Notes: generated by a model not told the origin, from the sequence alone. Counted from the stretch's first letter, positions 1 through 13,505 are shown. The stretch is 64,000 nt of DNA from Lama glama (GCA_028534125.1 CM052817.1:54562001-54626000); one strand, 5' to 3'. A program made the numbers and translations.

Positions 1-660
1 GGACTTGTTCTAAGCCCTGGGACTAGAGTGTCGAAGAAGACAAGTCTCGTCTACTAGTGTGGGACGTGGCAATAAACAAGTGAACAAACAAAAGGCAAAC
101 TCCGTGATAAATTCCACTTAGACAACTATAGTATTGGGAATAGGACTGAGGCCATACTGAGGCTGTGCCAGGATGGTCAAGAAGGACTTCTTTTAGGAAG
201 TTGTATTTGAACTTGTCTCCGAATGATGTAAAGGAGTCAGCCATGCAAAGATCTGAGGAAGAATACTTTTGACACATTAAGTGCAAAAGCCCTGAGACAG
301 GAAAACTTTGATGTCTTGGTGAGAAAAAAATCAGAACAGTGTGGCTGAATGGTAGAGAAGCAAGATGGGATTGGAGAGGTGAGATGGGACGTGAAGATCG
401 TTTTCTTGTTGCTCTTGTCAGTGTAAAGCCTTGAGAGATTTTCTCAGGAAAGTAATATGATCTGATATGCCTTTCAGAAAGATTATTCCAGCAGCTGTAT
501 GGAGGGTGGACCAAAAACACAAAACTGAAAGCAAAAAGACCAGAGAAGCAGGCTGTTGCAGAAGTCCAGAGGAGAGTGATTTGGATGAGGGTGGTAGCAG
601 CTGAGATGCTCAGATGCTGTTAGATGTGAACTCTATTTTGGAGTAGAGTTTATAGAACTC
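1..660 (-). mobile_element. LINE-2 (L2) fragment, degenerate
   Basis: Antisense L2 3'-region motifs (ggatggtcaagaaggacttc, aaggagtcagccatgcaaagatctg, tgcaaaagccctgagacagg, ggctgttgcagaagtccagg). The 165-aa ORF 23..520 is incidental to it. Confidence 0.75.
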
Positions 661-689
661 TCTGACTTTGCTTCCTTCCTTCCTTCTAC

Positions 690-1340
690 AAATGCTCAAT
701 GGAAGGGCGCTAGTACTAAGGATCCTAAGATGATTCTGGTACATTTCCTGACCTGAAAACAATCCAGTGGAGGGAAGGGAGTGAAAGTGCAGGAGCAGAC
801 ATGTACATGAGGATGTATATCTTATGCTAAATGTACTACGATGGATACACCAGAAATAGGAGAGTGGTAATTCTACTGGGGCAGACGTCCAGGAGGGAGA
901 AACTCTTTATAGAAAAGGTAATGCTTGAGCTGAATTCTGAAAGATGAGTAGGTGTTTGTTTGTTAGGCAAACAAAGATGGAAAGAGTGCTCCTGGCAGAA
1001 GAAGCAGTGAATGCAAAGGCCAGGCAGCATGAAACATCCTGGCGTTTTTAAGTACTGCAAGTCATGCAGTTTTGTATGGTTTGAAGTTAGACGAGTGGGT
1101 GGATGGTGGGTAGGAGGAAATGAGAAGCTAGATGAGAAATGTAGCTGAAAAGGTAGGCTGGGGCTTGGGCGCTGAATGTCTTCTGTGCTCTGATAAGCAG
1201 TTGGGCTTTGTCTCTTAGGCAGATAAGAATCTTAAAAGAGATAAATACACTCTTGATCAGGTTTGATTTTTTAGAAATGGCATAATGTTAGCAACATGGA
1301 GAATGGATTAGGAAGAGGGCGAGACAAGAGATAAGTCAGA
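690..1340 (-). mobile_element. LINE-2 (L2) fragment, degenerate
   Basis: L2-like motifs (ttgagctgaattctgaaagatgagtagg, tgcaaaggccaggcagcatg, gcaacatggagaatggatt). Confidence 0.65.
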
Positions 1341-2759
1341 GAATTAAAAAAAAAGATTTGTATCAAAAATTATTATTAATATTTAATAATTGATTACAAT
1401 TCACAAATAATTCACTTAGGATTGTTTTCCTCTGTTACACTTAAAAATGCCAATTAAAATCAAAGAAACTTATTTTTATATCCATGTGTGATATTGTATA
1501 GAAAATGTCCAATTTCTCTCGTAACTTTTAGAAAATTTGTGCAGCTGCATGTTGGGACTCGGCAGCCAGATGTTCTCTAAGGTCCCCTTTGACATTCTGT
1601 GAGCTTATGACTAGAACTAACAGAAAGCTCTTTCTCTCTTCACTGATGAGTCCAGTTAAGATAGAATCTATGTTGATATTATCAACTACAACCTTAAGTT
1701 AGTTAGTTCTCAGTGAGTCAATTGTGCTTAGAAGTTGCAGCAACCTAACTCCACTCTTGGTTGGCAGGGTTTGAGTGTGAGCCATATGAACACCACATTG
1801 AGATATGTGTATTGTCCTGTCTGAAAATGAGAAAGAAAATTGACTCAGAGTCTGTATGTCATTGGAAGGCCAGCAGCATAATACTGTTAACTGCAACTAC
1901 TCCCTAACATTTTTATGGAATTTTCTAGTTTCGAAGTTATCTTTAAAAATATCCACAAACCCAATAGTATGCAAAGTGTCCACAAGGCGGTCAATTTCTC
2001 TCATCATCTCTGTTTCTGTAACACCAGATTCTTTACACTTTGGTGATTATCAAGTGACAGGACAAGATCAATGAAAACAATAGCTTGGTCCTAGAAGATA
2101 GCCAATTTTTTATGCTTACAATTCTCGTATGCTGGATGAGGCATATGTGAAAAATGGAATATAGCAGAATATCTGAGTACCTGCTTTAAGTTCCATTGGG
2201 ACAACTGTGGTAAAGGCATGAGAAAAGGCTGATGGAATTCTGAGTTGCACAATCCTAAACCACAAGGCATAGCTCTAGATAGCTCAGAAGCAAGTGTAAC
2301 TGGAAAATCAGGCAAGGGGTGTCAGGTTTGGATCAGCTCTAATGACATAAGGGACCGACCTTGAGCCTAAAAGGCAGCTTCCCCAAGCACGGTTGAGACA
2401 TTCACCAAAATTGGATCAATTTTAATGGTCCACAGGATGGAAAGTGCTGTTAGTTCAACATCATCACCTTCCATCTTTCCCCTACACAAAGATTTTGGTT
2501 TTTCTTTAACACTCAGGAAAAATGCCATTGTTTATGTGAACCCCAATCCAATCTAACAAGAAGGAATAATTTCTCATGATAGGCATGTTAAATGAATAAA
2601 GCAGTATCACCTTGAAAAAGATAAAAACTCGTATCTTCTCAGATATCTTTATATTCATAGACATACAAGACACTTCAATCTGAAGACACTTAACAATTTG
2701 AAACATGTTACACTTTATCTCTTTCTGGTTCCATTTCAGTTCAGTTTCCTCTTTAAAAT

Positions 2760-3010
2760 TTCCCCTTTCTCCTAAGTACTGTCACCAGACAGTTATCATA
2801 TTCAGATGCTTTAGTGAAGATTTTTATTTCCATTTGCATTCTCTGGTCAATTTTGAGATGGGTGTCTGCTTTGCTGTGATTAGTATGGAAAGAAAGCAGC
2901 TGTGAGTAGGGAAGTGCTAGCAATGAGAATTTTTGCTTTTAATTTTTTTGCTGTTGGTAGAAGTTGTCTAAATAAGAGGTGTCTATCATCATAAATGTGA
3001 GAACATGTTA
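2760..3010. mobile_element. Possible TcMar (Kanga/Tigger-like) DNA transposon remnant
   Basis: Weak resemblance to Tc2/Kanga terminal segments (aattttgagatgggtgtctg, aaataagaggtgtctatc). Confidence 0.3.
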
Positions 3011-4399
3011 TTTTTATCACTATGAGGGCCGAATCCAGCCTCTAGGTACTCATCTGAACTCAGAGAGAAGTCAGCTGTACCCAGAGTCCCTGAGAGTAGA
3101 TTTCATGTATATGTTTCTGTGTTTTGCCCTTCAGTTGCTTCCATATGTAAAAATTCATCTCCTTGAGCATTTCTACCAACTTTTGCCACAAATCTCAAGA
3201 ATATAAACATACCAGTGGCTTTGACATAATACCAAACTTCCCTTCAAAATGGAAACAGACTATTGGCATTTAGCACCTACAATTATAAGCAGCAGATGAG
3301 GTCATTTCATCATTCTGAAAAACACAGACCCTTTGTCACTAGTCTGCCACCCAGCCCTGAGAATGTCTGATGCTGGGTTGAAACACTTGCACATTCCAAA
3401 GGTATATTTGAAGTATTTTTATGCTAGTAGCAACACACCATTAGCAACATGCAAGATATTAAAATCCTTTCTTATTAATTATTTTAATATAAAGTGACCA
3501 ATTATGCAGAGTGGGAAATCCTAGTGCATGAATGCACAGGAAAGCACAGAGCTATGCCCCACGCACAGCTCTGCTCTGCATACTCAGAGTTCAGATGGCA
3601 TAGCAAATCACTCTCCTTCCAATCATTTAGGTCATCAGCACCCACTCGCTATGAATACATAGCCTTTTAATTTAGCAGTGCAGCTTCTCTATCTAAAACA
3701 GCATGAGCCAAGCAAAGTATGACTATAAGAAAAACACAATGTGCTGACTGCTATAGTCCCCTTGGCATGTTATGCTGAGCCATGATGTAAAAGGGAAAAA
3801 GGAGTATGACCACTAGGTGCCACTGAGCAAGGATAGAGGTGGATTTTAAACGTGATATAATGATGATTCCAAACCTATTGAAGATGGACTGGATGGATGT
3901 ATATTTTATAATCTCTGGTAGCTAATTCTAAGAAAAATTATGTTTTCTTTTAGAGTTAAATTACTTGCTGCCAATGGCACATTTTGTTTGTCTGTGTATA
4001 GCCACCTTTTGTTCTTAGCAGTGCTGTGCTCATCCTAGGCATTTGATAAGTGTTTTACTTGATTTGAAAATGTTATCTAAAAATTAGTTCTCTAGTTAAT
4101 TATATCTTCTATTTTTAGTAATTACTGAGAGCGAGAACAGTCTTTTGTGTTATCTATAAGTCTTATCAAAGTGCTTTATACATAGTAGTCTCTTGACAAA
4201 TATTTTTGAATTGAATTTTATTGTATGACTATTAAAAGAGTTTTTTGTTTCCAATAGGATTAGTTTAACAAGTGGCTTTAATATGCATCTAGAACTTTTT
4301 TTAATGTGTATCTTTCACTGCTTAACTGGAATTTGATTCCTCTATCCCTCCCCTACCCCAATTGCAATATAAAACAAGTTATGTTTGGTCTACCACCAA

Positions 4400-5140
4400 A
4401 ATATAGTCTGAATTAAAAATTTTTCTCCATCCCAATTACTATTTCTGTAGTCTGAGCTACTTGGACACTCTCCTTGAGAACTGCAAGCCTCACCATCAGC
4501 CCCTGTTCTACAAACCTGTCCCCCTGCCCTCTATCCCTGACACTGTAGCTGGAAGCATCTTAAAACAAATAAACAAACAAAAGAAACAGGTAATTTCACT
4601 CTCCAGCTTAATAGTATCCACTAACTTCCTCTTGGACTCAGAATCAGATCTGAGTTCTTTCCCAAGGCATAAAAGGACCACATCATTTGGCTCTTTCTTG
4701 TTTCTCCCCTATTGCCTTCCTGCTCGCCTCCTCGGTCACTATCCTGCTGCCTCGTCAGTCTTTGTTCTATTTTTCCAGTGATCTGTGCTTGTTCCTCCTA
4801 CTTCAGGGCTTTGAAATTTGCTCTTCCTTGTGCCTGGAACGCTCCTCCTTCATATCTTTGTGTGGCTAGATCCTCGGCAAAATTCAGGTCTCAGCTCAAA
4901 GATCACTTCTTCAAATGGCCTTTGCTGCCTTCTTATCTGAAGTGTCATTGTGTCATCCACTCACCGTCCTGTCATCATGTTCTATTTTCTTTATAGCACT
5001 CATGCTCATCTGATGTTTATTATTTTGTTTGTTCATTGTCTTTCACCTTCAACTAGAATTTAAATTCCAAGAAAGCAAAGACCTTGTTGGTGTTGTTTAG
5101 ACTGGCATATAGAAACATTAAAAAAATTGTTGAATGATTT
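4400..5140 (+). mobile_element. LINE-2 (L2) 3' fragment
   Basis: cagggctttgaaatttgctcttccttgtgcctggaacgctc, ttcaggtctcagctcaaagatcacttc, and a terminal ttgttgaatga typical of the L2 3' end. Confidence 0.85.
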
Positions 5141-5369
5141 GCAGGGCATATTTGCAGGGCAGATTTAACTCTAGTAAGGAAATGTAATGAAAATATACTG
5201 TCTGTGATGATTTGCTTTAAGTAGAAACCTGTGTTAATGACTGGATTCAAAATGAGCGAGACAAACCACTTTTTGGTTTAATGTTTTAAAATATCTTAGC
5301 AAATGACCTGAATTTCAAACCAGAGAATATATAAATACATATACACATGTGGAAATATATCTTTATGGT

Positions 5370-5418
5370 TATGTGTATATATATGTGTGTATGTATGTGT
5401 GTGTGTATATATATATAG
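5370..5418. repeat. Compound (TA)n/(TG)n microsatellite
   Basis: tatgtgtatatatatgtgtgtatgtatgtgtgtgtgtatatatatata is visible directly. Confidence 0.85.
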
Positions 5419-5506
5419 TTTGCTCATGACACCTTAATATAGAATTATTAGACAGTTGGTAGAGTACCTATAGAGTACAATCTGAGTTTAAAATTACTCT
5501 TTTTAA

Positions 5507-5724
5507 AAATGTATGTATATATTTTTATTGAAAGATAGTCAGTTGACAATGTTGTGTCAATTTCTGGTATACAGCATAACGCTTTAGCCATACATGAATA
5601 TACATATATTTGTTTTCATATTCTCTTCCATCATAAGTTACTACAAGATATTGAACATAGTTCCCTGTGCTATACAGTATGAACTTGCTGTCTATCTATT
5701 TTATACATATTAGTTAGTATCTGC
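5507..5724 (-). mobile_element. Short 5'-truncated lineage L1 3' end with target-site duplication
   Basis: Closely resembles the L1 3'UTR at 27640-27845 (ttctggt..acagcataa, ttactacaagatattgaa, ttccctgtgc.atacagta, agttagtatct). Flanked by aaattactctttttaa (5491-5506) and aaattattcttattaa (5725-5740), 14/16 identical. Confidence 0.85.
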
Positions 5725-7059
5725 AAATTATTCTTATTAACTTGAAGAACTTGTCAGAAACAAACAGATTGAAATTCAGCAAGAAAAAGTGAAGAAAAAT
5801 AACTTTCTGAATTAAATGAATTATTATTTTTACACGTCTAATTACCTAAAGTTATTCTAAAATATTTTATACCAGATTTATGTATTGTGGTAGATAGTTG
5901 CATGGATAATGTGGTTTTGGTTTAGATATTTTTATTAGAACAAGAAAATATAAAGCCTTCCTTACTATATCTCCCCATCCTCATACATCTCTATACTATA
6001 TGCCATCCTGTCTGAAATTGCACCACTGCAGAGTCATTGGGCTTAAGTCTTATTATTCCATGTTCTCCTTTGAAACGACTTTCTTCTTCCAAAGCAGTTT
6101 ATTAGACCTCTGGGCTGCTGATCTCAAAATGTGAGGATGGTAGAAAGAGAGCCAGGGAGCCGATGGTATTGGCATGTAGGATAGTGCCAGGGTCGTGGGC
6201 CACATGTGGAAGTACTGGGTGCTGACTGCCTGGAGGCGGGGCATCAGTGGGGATCAGCAGGATGTGGAAAAGGTTGGTCAGCAGCTGCTGAAGCCAAATT
6301 CACTTGCCTTGAAATTGTGCCTTAGGCAGGCTCTGTCATCACACTGCTTTTGGTGCTAAGCCCAGATCTGTAGGCACTGATTAATGCTGAGTACCTTATG
6401 GTTCCTACATTTTACGATCCTACTCATGTATCCCACTATTAGGTTCCCTTTCTTAACTGTCGTCCCATATTGGTGACCCATTGTCATCTTATCTACTGTG
6501 ATTCCTGATCCTTTTCCTCCAGCTCGTGCAGCTGGTCCTATCCCACATTGTAATCGGACAACCTTTTTATCTGAGGCACTACATTTTTTTCTTTCATATT
6601 TTTTAAATGAAAAGACCTGAATATATGATTCTGTCAGTATAAGCTCTGCTTATAATAAATTGAACTGCCAACCTGAATGAAACATACATCCATATAAGAA
6701 CTTAAAGATCAGAGTTTGAAAGTAGGCAGTAATATATTCAACCAGCTTTTGAGTACTTGGTATTGGCATCAGGGACAAAGGAGATTACAGAAAAAACAAT
6801 ACATGCAGGAATAAACAGTGAGAAGCAGCAGACAGAGCATGTAAGGTATATGATAAGAGAAACCTAAGCAGGTGGTAAATGAAAAAGGGCACAAGACCCT
6901 GCCCACTTTCATCCATCTCCCATTAAAAAGCAAAAACCAAAAAGCAAGACAAGACAAAAAATGAAGATTAAAGGGGACAGAGAAAGAGATAAAATGTAAA
7001 ACTTTACTTTTAAAAGGGAATGAATTTGATATGCAAAAGTAAATTCTTCCCTGGCCTCA

Positions 7060-7735
7060 TTACATCCATTCTACCAACTCCACATTATTCATTTCTACCA
7101 AATTAATTTTCCTAAATCACAATTATGACTATGTCTCTTACATGCTTAAAGTGGGTATACACACAGACACACACAGCAGAGACACACCACTTCACTGAAT
7201 AACCTCCTTTCCTCGGCTTTCAATGTCCTTTACTTTGTCACTACATAGGGTGGTGCTGGTATTAATAGAAAAATTTCTCTACTTGTTCTTCCCAGATTGT
7301 TACCAGCTTGTGAACTCCATCATGTAAACTTCCTTAATATTTATCATTGTATTGCCAGTTCAAAACCCAGTGTCTGGCCCACAGTAGAGTAAGTGTGCTC
7401 AACTCTTAGTGCTTCTGAACTTTTGCTCGTGCAGTTTCTGTTTGGAATGCTTTCTTCCATTTATCTGTAGATACTATAATTAGACAACATTCCAGAACCA
7501 TTTCAGTTAGTTTTTCATGGTTCTACCCAAGTGGAATCATTTCACCATTTCTGTATCACTTAAACATACTTTTAGTATCTACTTCCATATTCAATCTTGT
7601 GTAATAGTTTTCTGTATTATTGTCTCTCTGCCTAGGAGACTGTAAGCTTTTGAAAGGTAAGTCTATTTCTTACTTTTGGCATCTACTACAGTTCTTTGCA
7701 GACAAATTTGCTTGGTATTTCTTATAATGAACCAA
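7060..7735 (+). mobile_element. LINE-2 (L2) fragments
   Basis: cccagtgtctggcccacagtag...tgctcaa, tttggaatgctttctt, agactgtaagcttttgaaagg. Confidence 0.55.
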
Positions 7736-9594
7736 TGAGTTGACCAATAAAGAAATAGAAGAGGCCCTCAATTTAAATAAATTATTGTATTCTGAACTCA
7801 CTCTGGATTTAAAAAAAATAATTTGTTTATCTATCATATAGTTATTCATGTTTCTAAAGATATACATATGTTTCTGAGAACTCTGCTATTCATTTGTATA
7901 GAATTAGGAATTTAGGATGATTGTCATATCTTCCAAAATTAAAGACTGTATGATTCATCTCTCAGCTGTCTTCCTAGGATAAACTATCCTTCCTATTAAA
8001 GATAAAACAATGTAAAACTATCACTCTTGAATGAGACAAAAAGTTAACTAAAACAAGACACTAGAGGGATGCTACTCAGTTTAATCAATCTGAAAATTTA
8101 TTTCACACTCTTTTGTGAATTTGTGGAAAACTGTGTAATTTGGTAAACAAAGATCCAGAACTTCTAACGTTTAATTACAGCACAGGAGTACCACCATGGG
8201 TATTGTCACAAATAATGCGCTAATACCATGCAGAGACAGAGCACTATTCTGAAACACTGGTAGAATTGTTCTTCTAAGATACACAGAACCAATTTGTGCC
8301 GCCACCATCTTGTCAAGACAAGACAGCAGTCCTCCTCCTCAGGGCGTGTTTTTGTTTTCCTCCACACTAGTGTTTCTGTATCCTACTGTTTCCCAATGTT
8401 TCTCAGTCTATGAAACATCTGTGGCCTTGCCAGGACTAACAGGGAGATGGGGTTTGGATAAAGGAAAACGGAGGAAGAAAGGAGAGATGACAACTAGCAG
8501 CTGCAAAGGTCTGCAAGCACACACACCTACGTATCATATCCATCTGCCAGCATTCCTTCTCACTCCATGGAGGTGTCACCACCCTCCACCTTCCTGGTTA
8601 AAAAGCAGACAGAAAAGTAGTGAGGAAATCCAGAATGTCCATAAAACAAGATGTCCTATAGCCTTCTTTAGAGACAGTGGTCTATGACAGTTACACAGGA
8701 ATAAAAAACTGAACAATCTCCTAACTCAAAACAAAAACAACCTAGTACTTGATATTATTAATTATGAAACTTTAAAAACATTAACTTATAAGAAGTCCAA
8801 GAAATGGGTTTGGAAAACAAGTAAGATGGAAAGTATTCCCCTCAAAAGAAAAAAAAGAAAATTCCTACAAAGAGCAGGTGGAAAAACAATACAAAGCAAT
8901 AACAAAAATTATCAAACCAAGACTAGTATTTCAGGGAGTTTTCTTCTTAAAATCTTGACTTTAGGCAGTACTTAATATCTTTTATGATCACAGCTATTTT
9001 TTATCTGGACATCTTCCTTCCTGTATTGAAAATAAAAGCTTTGTAATGGATGGATGGAATCTTGCAAAGCACTTTTGAGTTCTTCAGAAAAACAAAATGA
9101 CATGTGAGCTTAATGTGTTACTACACTTTGAGTGCACACACATTTTTAAAGTTTATTGTATCTAAGTATTTTCCCAAATTTTGTTAGATAGTGATTTAAG
9201 AGGTAGTGACTCTTTGTTATCTTTGCATTTATGCTTTTCATATTTATTAATTATATTCATCCCAAAGTAATTTTGTTGTATGAAGTTGATAGGTATACTC
9301 AGTATGTCAAGGGAGGATTATTATAGTCCTCATCCACTCTCTCACCCAGCACTGGGCATATAGACATTGAGCTACTGATGATAAAATAAATGTTTTCATT
9401 GCACTTACAAATTTTATTTGAAAGGTAAGCCTTTCAAAACACAAATATTTGGGTCCTCCTTTTGACCATATAGAACTGTTTTAATTTATGCTCTCTATTG
9501 GCTCAGAGTTTCCAGCCACAGACTGCATTTGACTTTGCTATTCCTCATTTGCCAAATCAATTCTTGCTCTTTCTCTTACAAAGTCTCTTTTCAA

Positions 9595-9710
9595 CAGTTT
9601 CAGAAAGATTAAGCTGACTTGCTCCAGGTTACACAGTTGATTTGTTTTCAGAGCCAGGTCTACAGTCTATGTCTGTTGACATCTAATCCACTGCTCTTTT
9701 GACTATATCA
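9595..9710 (-). mobile_element. MIR SINE fragment
   Basis: attaagctgactttgctccaggttacacagtt...cagagccagg resembles the MIR core. Confidence 0.55.
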
Positions 9711-12369
9711 CTTGGCCTCTTAGTTTGTAAAAAAGAATATATACTATTCTCTGGTGAAAGACTCAAGATATTAAATATTTCTCCAGAGAAATTTCAGGTT
9801 CTGAAGATTAAACTTTGCCAGTTAAATATTAAGCCCTTTTCCTATGTTGCCAATATTTATTTTCTTGGCAAGAGCTGTGTTTTCATCAAAAATGTCTGGA
9901 AAATCTTTTCTCTTTGAACTATGTAAAATAGTATCTAAGTTGTGCACTTTCAGCTTGAATAGACAGAAATGGACAGGTTCATGGTAATTCAGATGCTGGG
10001 GCAAGTCAGTTAAATGAGGTAAAAGGCCAGGCAGCACATGCAGAGCAGGTCTTGGGAAACTCACAGAGACTAGTGCTGTATGATCTGTTGTTGGCCAGCA
10101 CCCTCCAGGACAGAGAGGAATCTATCAATGCCAGGAGACTGACACGAGGGCATGGTCTGTTAAGTATCATGATTAGGAAATGATGAGTTCCTCCCATGGC
10201 ATGCGTGATCAGTACCCGGCATGCAGTAGCAACATCAACGAATGGCAGATCCTGGTTTTCAGCCCTATTCCACTGACATGGCGGAGAGAGCACCAGACCC
10301 TCCCCTGGTGTAGTCATGGAAGATATGTTACAAGATTTCTGTCACAGCCTTACTGGGTGCATGAGTGGAGCAACATACCACCTCTACATTCCACTAAGAT
10401 TGAGTGGCTTAAGCACTCAGCTGTAGCCATTTCCACTGGGCTCTGTGGGTCCTGTCTGAAGATAAACAGGCAGTTTAATCCTTACCTCTCACAGAAGAAA
10501 GATAAACAGAAAATAGTGTCTGAGGTTACTAAGCTTGGTCTTACTGAAGTATCTTATTTGGGTAGAACAAAAAGTCTGGAGGAAAAGGGGTAAGTCTAAT
10601 GGTCATCCTCAACTTTAGTGTTTATAATGACTCAGTCAGATATATGACTCAACTTATTTGTGTGTTTGTAATATAAACTTTCTGAGAGGGGAAGCATTTT
10701 CATTTGTAGAAGGTCATCCTGATGATCTTTCTATATTCTTAAATTAACTTTGTCTAGGTTTTAAGAGACAAGAAGTAAAGATGATGGTTAGACTAATAAT
10801 TTTCTTATCCATAAAAAGGCTTATTTCCATGAGTTCATTTCAGTCTCTTAGAGAATATATTTTGAAGTGTTTAAAGTGACTGTCCCCCCGTGATCACCCA
10901 GATCTATGCCTAGCCACAGTGTAATTAATTTCAGCTAACACATGGTGGAGGTGTAAGTGCTTAGATCACTCAAGTCGCCACAATCAGCTGCATCCTTCGG
11001 TGGCTGTTGATCATGACCCCAGGCCCTGGTAGAACCACCCATTTAGCCATTGTCATGATTGATATTGTTACATCAGCCTAACAGGGGCTGATATCAGCTC
11101 TTTTGCTGGATGAAATAATGGATTGATTGTGCCACAATTCATATATTTCTTAAGTAAAGATGAGACTTTAAATAATGTGATTAGAAGAGGGACTGAAATT
11201 CCAGGCTAAGGTAGAATTGAAGCAGTCATGATGAAAAATTTCAACATACAAATCAAAAATTTTTTATATAGTCACATTTCAGTTGGAAAATGAAATATAT
11301 ATATTGTCTTTGATTTGAAAGTGTGTTTTTGGCACTGTTTTTAATGCTACTATTATAACATTAAAATGCTGGAATTCTGGGATTTTGGTAACAATGATTT
11401 CAATAAAACTTTAATACTTGATAGAATATATAATATTATAATATTATAATTTACTGTTGTCAAAGTAAATTTTGAGCTTTAAAACAATGAAAGTCTTTTT
11501 TGCTTTGTAACCCGGAACTGTAGACTCAGTCCCAGTGAGTCCAATGGCAGAAATCATAGTTAGATGGGTTTTTTTCCCCAATTATACTAATCTTTAGAGG
11601 AAGGCAAGGCTACTATAAAGGAGCACATCATAGAACAGACTAAATTTTATCTTTATGATTCCCAGTTTGACTCATTAGGCTTCGAATTATTTGGTAAATT
11701 AATAACATTTAATAGTCTGATGAATAGGCCACACTGGTTTATTTTTTATTTAGTTAAAGTTAAACCTCACTTGAATGCATGTTAGAATAAAAATGAACTC
11801 AAGTTTTAATTGTTAAGGATAATGTAAAATTTTGAGTCCAGATCATGTAACTCTTCTAATAGAAATCCTCTGGCATCTTGGAAGAGCTGGAAATAGGAAA
11901 AATAAAAAAAATATTTTGCTTTTGTTTAAATATTATCATTTTTGAGGTGTTATAAAATTCTCATCCTTTTAGAATCAGACATTTTTATGACAAAAGAGTA
12001 TCATGAGGTCAAAGACAGATTTTTATAAATGCTTAGCTTATATTTCTGTACATTTATAAAGAAACAGAAAATTGTCACCAAAAAAAGGTTAAAGATAAAT
12101 GGGTTTGTTGTTTGATATTCTTAAAAAGAACAAATGGAGCTGCCAATTTACAGTGTGCTCTTTTAGAACATTATCTTTTTGTCATTATTGGTAACCATAT
12201 GGTCCTTATAATTGCTAAATATGTTGATTATTTTATTATTCTTTCTACCAAGAAGGTTTTCTGATTCTCCTGTAGCATAAAGGAGATTCAAGCCAGGCAA
12301 ATGATACTTGATGATAATTCATTATTTTATTCCAGAGGACATAAAAAAAATCTAACATGGAAAAAAAAA

Positions 12370-12575
12370 ACTTCTGAAATCAAATAAGTTTAAGAAACAT
12401 GAAATTGAATAGAGTTTATTTCTGCAGGATTTGTTTGAGTCTTTACCATGCTAGTGCGAAGTATGACATCAAATAGGAATTTTCTCTTTGCCAATGTATT
12501 TTGTAACCCTCCCCATCTCCACAAAATACCTGTTGGTTCTGATGTTCTGAACAACACACTTTAGGAAATGTTGCT
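12370..12575. mobile_element. hAT-Charlie MITE remnant (MER103C-like)
   Basis: tcaaataagtttaagaaacatg and terminal acacactttaggaaatg. Confidence 0.45.
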
Positions 12576-12698
12576 TAAGTTTAGGAGGTAAAGGGCCTTG
12601 AGTAGATTTTCTTGAATTTTTAATAACAGAATGACTCATATTTAATTAAAGTTTGTATTGTATGCTTCTGATATGTCAGGCAAAATTTTAAATGCTGG

Positions 12699-13195
12699 TG
12701 TATTTGTTTTCTATTGCTATCATAACAAATTACAATAAATTTAGAGGTTTAAAATAGCACACATTTATTTTCATCCAGTCTGTAGTCTAGAAGCCTGACA
12801 TGAGTCTCACTAGACTAAAATCAAGGTAGTCTTGACTTCCTTACTGAAGGCTCCTGGGGAAAATGTTCCCTAGCACATACCAGTGTTGGCGGAATGCAGC
12901 TCCTTGCAACTGTGGGACTGAGATCCCCATTTTCTCGCTGTCAGCTGAGGGCCATTCTCAGCTTCGAGAGTCCTCCTACCTTTCTTGGCTCCTCCTTCCT
13001 GCATCTTCAAAGCCCCCAGTGGTGGATATCTCTTTCTTCTAGCTCATCTTTCTGAGACAGGAAATGTTCTCCACTTTTAAGGACTCTTGTAATTAGATTG
13101 GGCCAACGTGCTTAATTCAGGATACCTATCTGTAGAGTCCCTTTTGCTATGTAAAATAACATTCACAGTTTCCAGCTATTATTCTACCTACCACA
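12699..13195 (-). mobile_element. MaLR solo LTR (MLT1D-like)
   Basis: Begins tgtatttgttttctattgctatcataacaaattac; internal ctgtgggactgag and taattagattgggcc; ends attctacctaccaca. Confidence 0.85.
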
Positions 13196-13505
13196 GCTGC
13201 CAACAGAAGACTGTGTGAGACTCAGACTCTGCCCTCCGGCGACTTCCAGTTAGCGTGGGTCTCATGCTACTAAACTCATAAGTAAACATTAGTCAATCAC
13301 CTAATAGAATGTTTAAGAAAGTTATGATGAGATCTGAAGATTACAATACTCATATATCTCATTATCAGAATACTTGAGAAGCTGCTAAAGAAACAATGAT
13401 ATGTTTCCACGATAGCCATGAGTGGATATGGTTAAGGGAAATTCCACCCTGGCTATGGTGAGGCCTTATCCTCAATACATTCCCCAGAACTTACTTGGAA
13501 TGGGT

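Noticed and set aside
23..520. 165-aa ORF
   Set aside because: It lies within a degenerate L2, has a non-ATG start and shows no recognisable domain.
10495..10589. Plus-strand exon-like segment (ctctcacag|...GG|gtaagt; KKDKQKIVSEVTKLG...)
   Set aside because: It resembles a degenerate antisense MIR (tttaatccttac, tgtctgaggttactaagct), is 95 nt long and has no partner exons.
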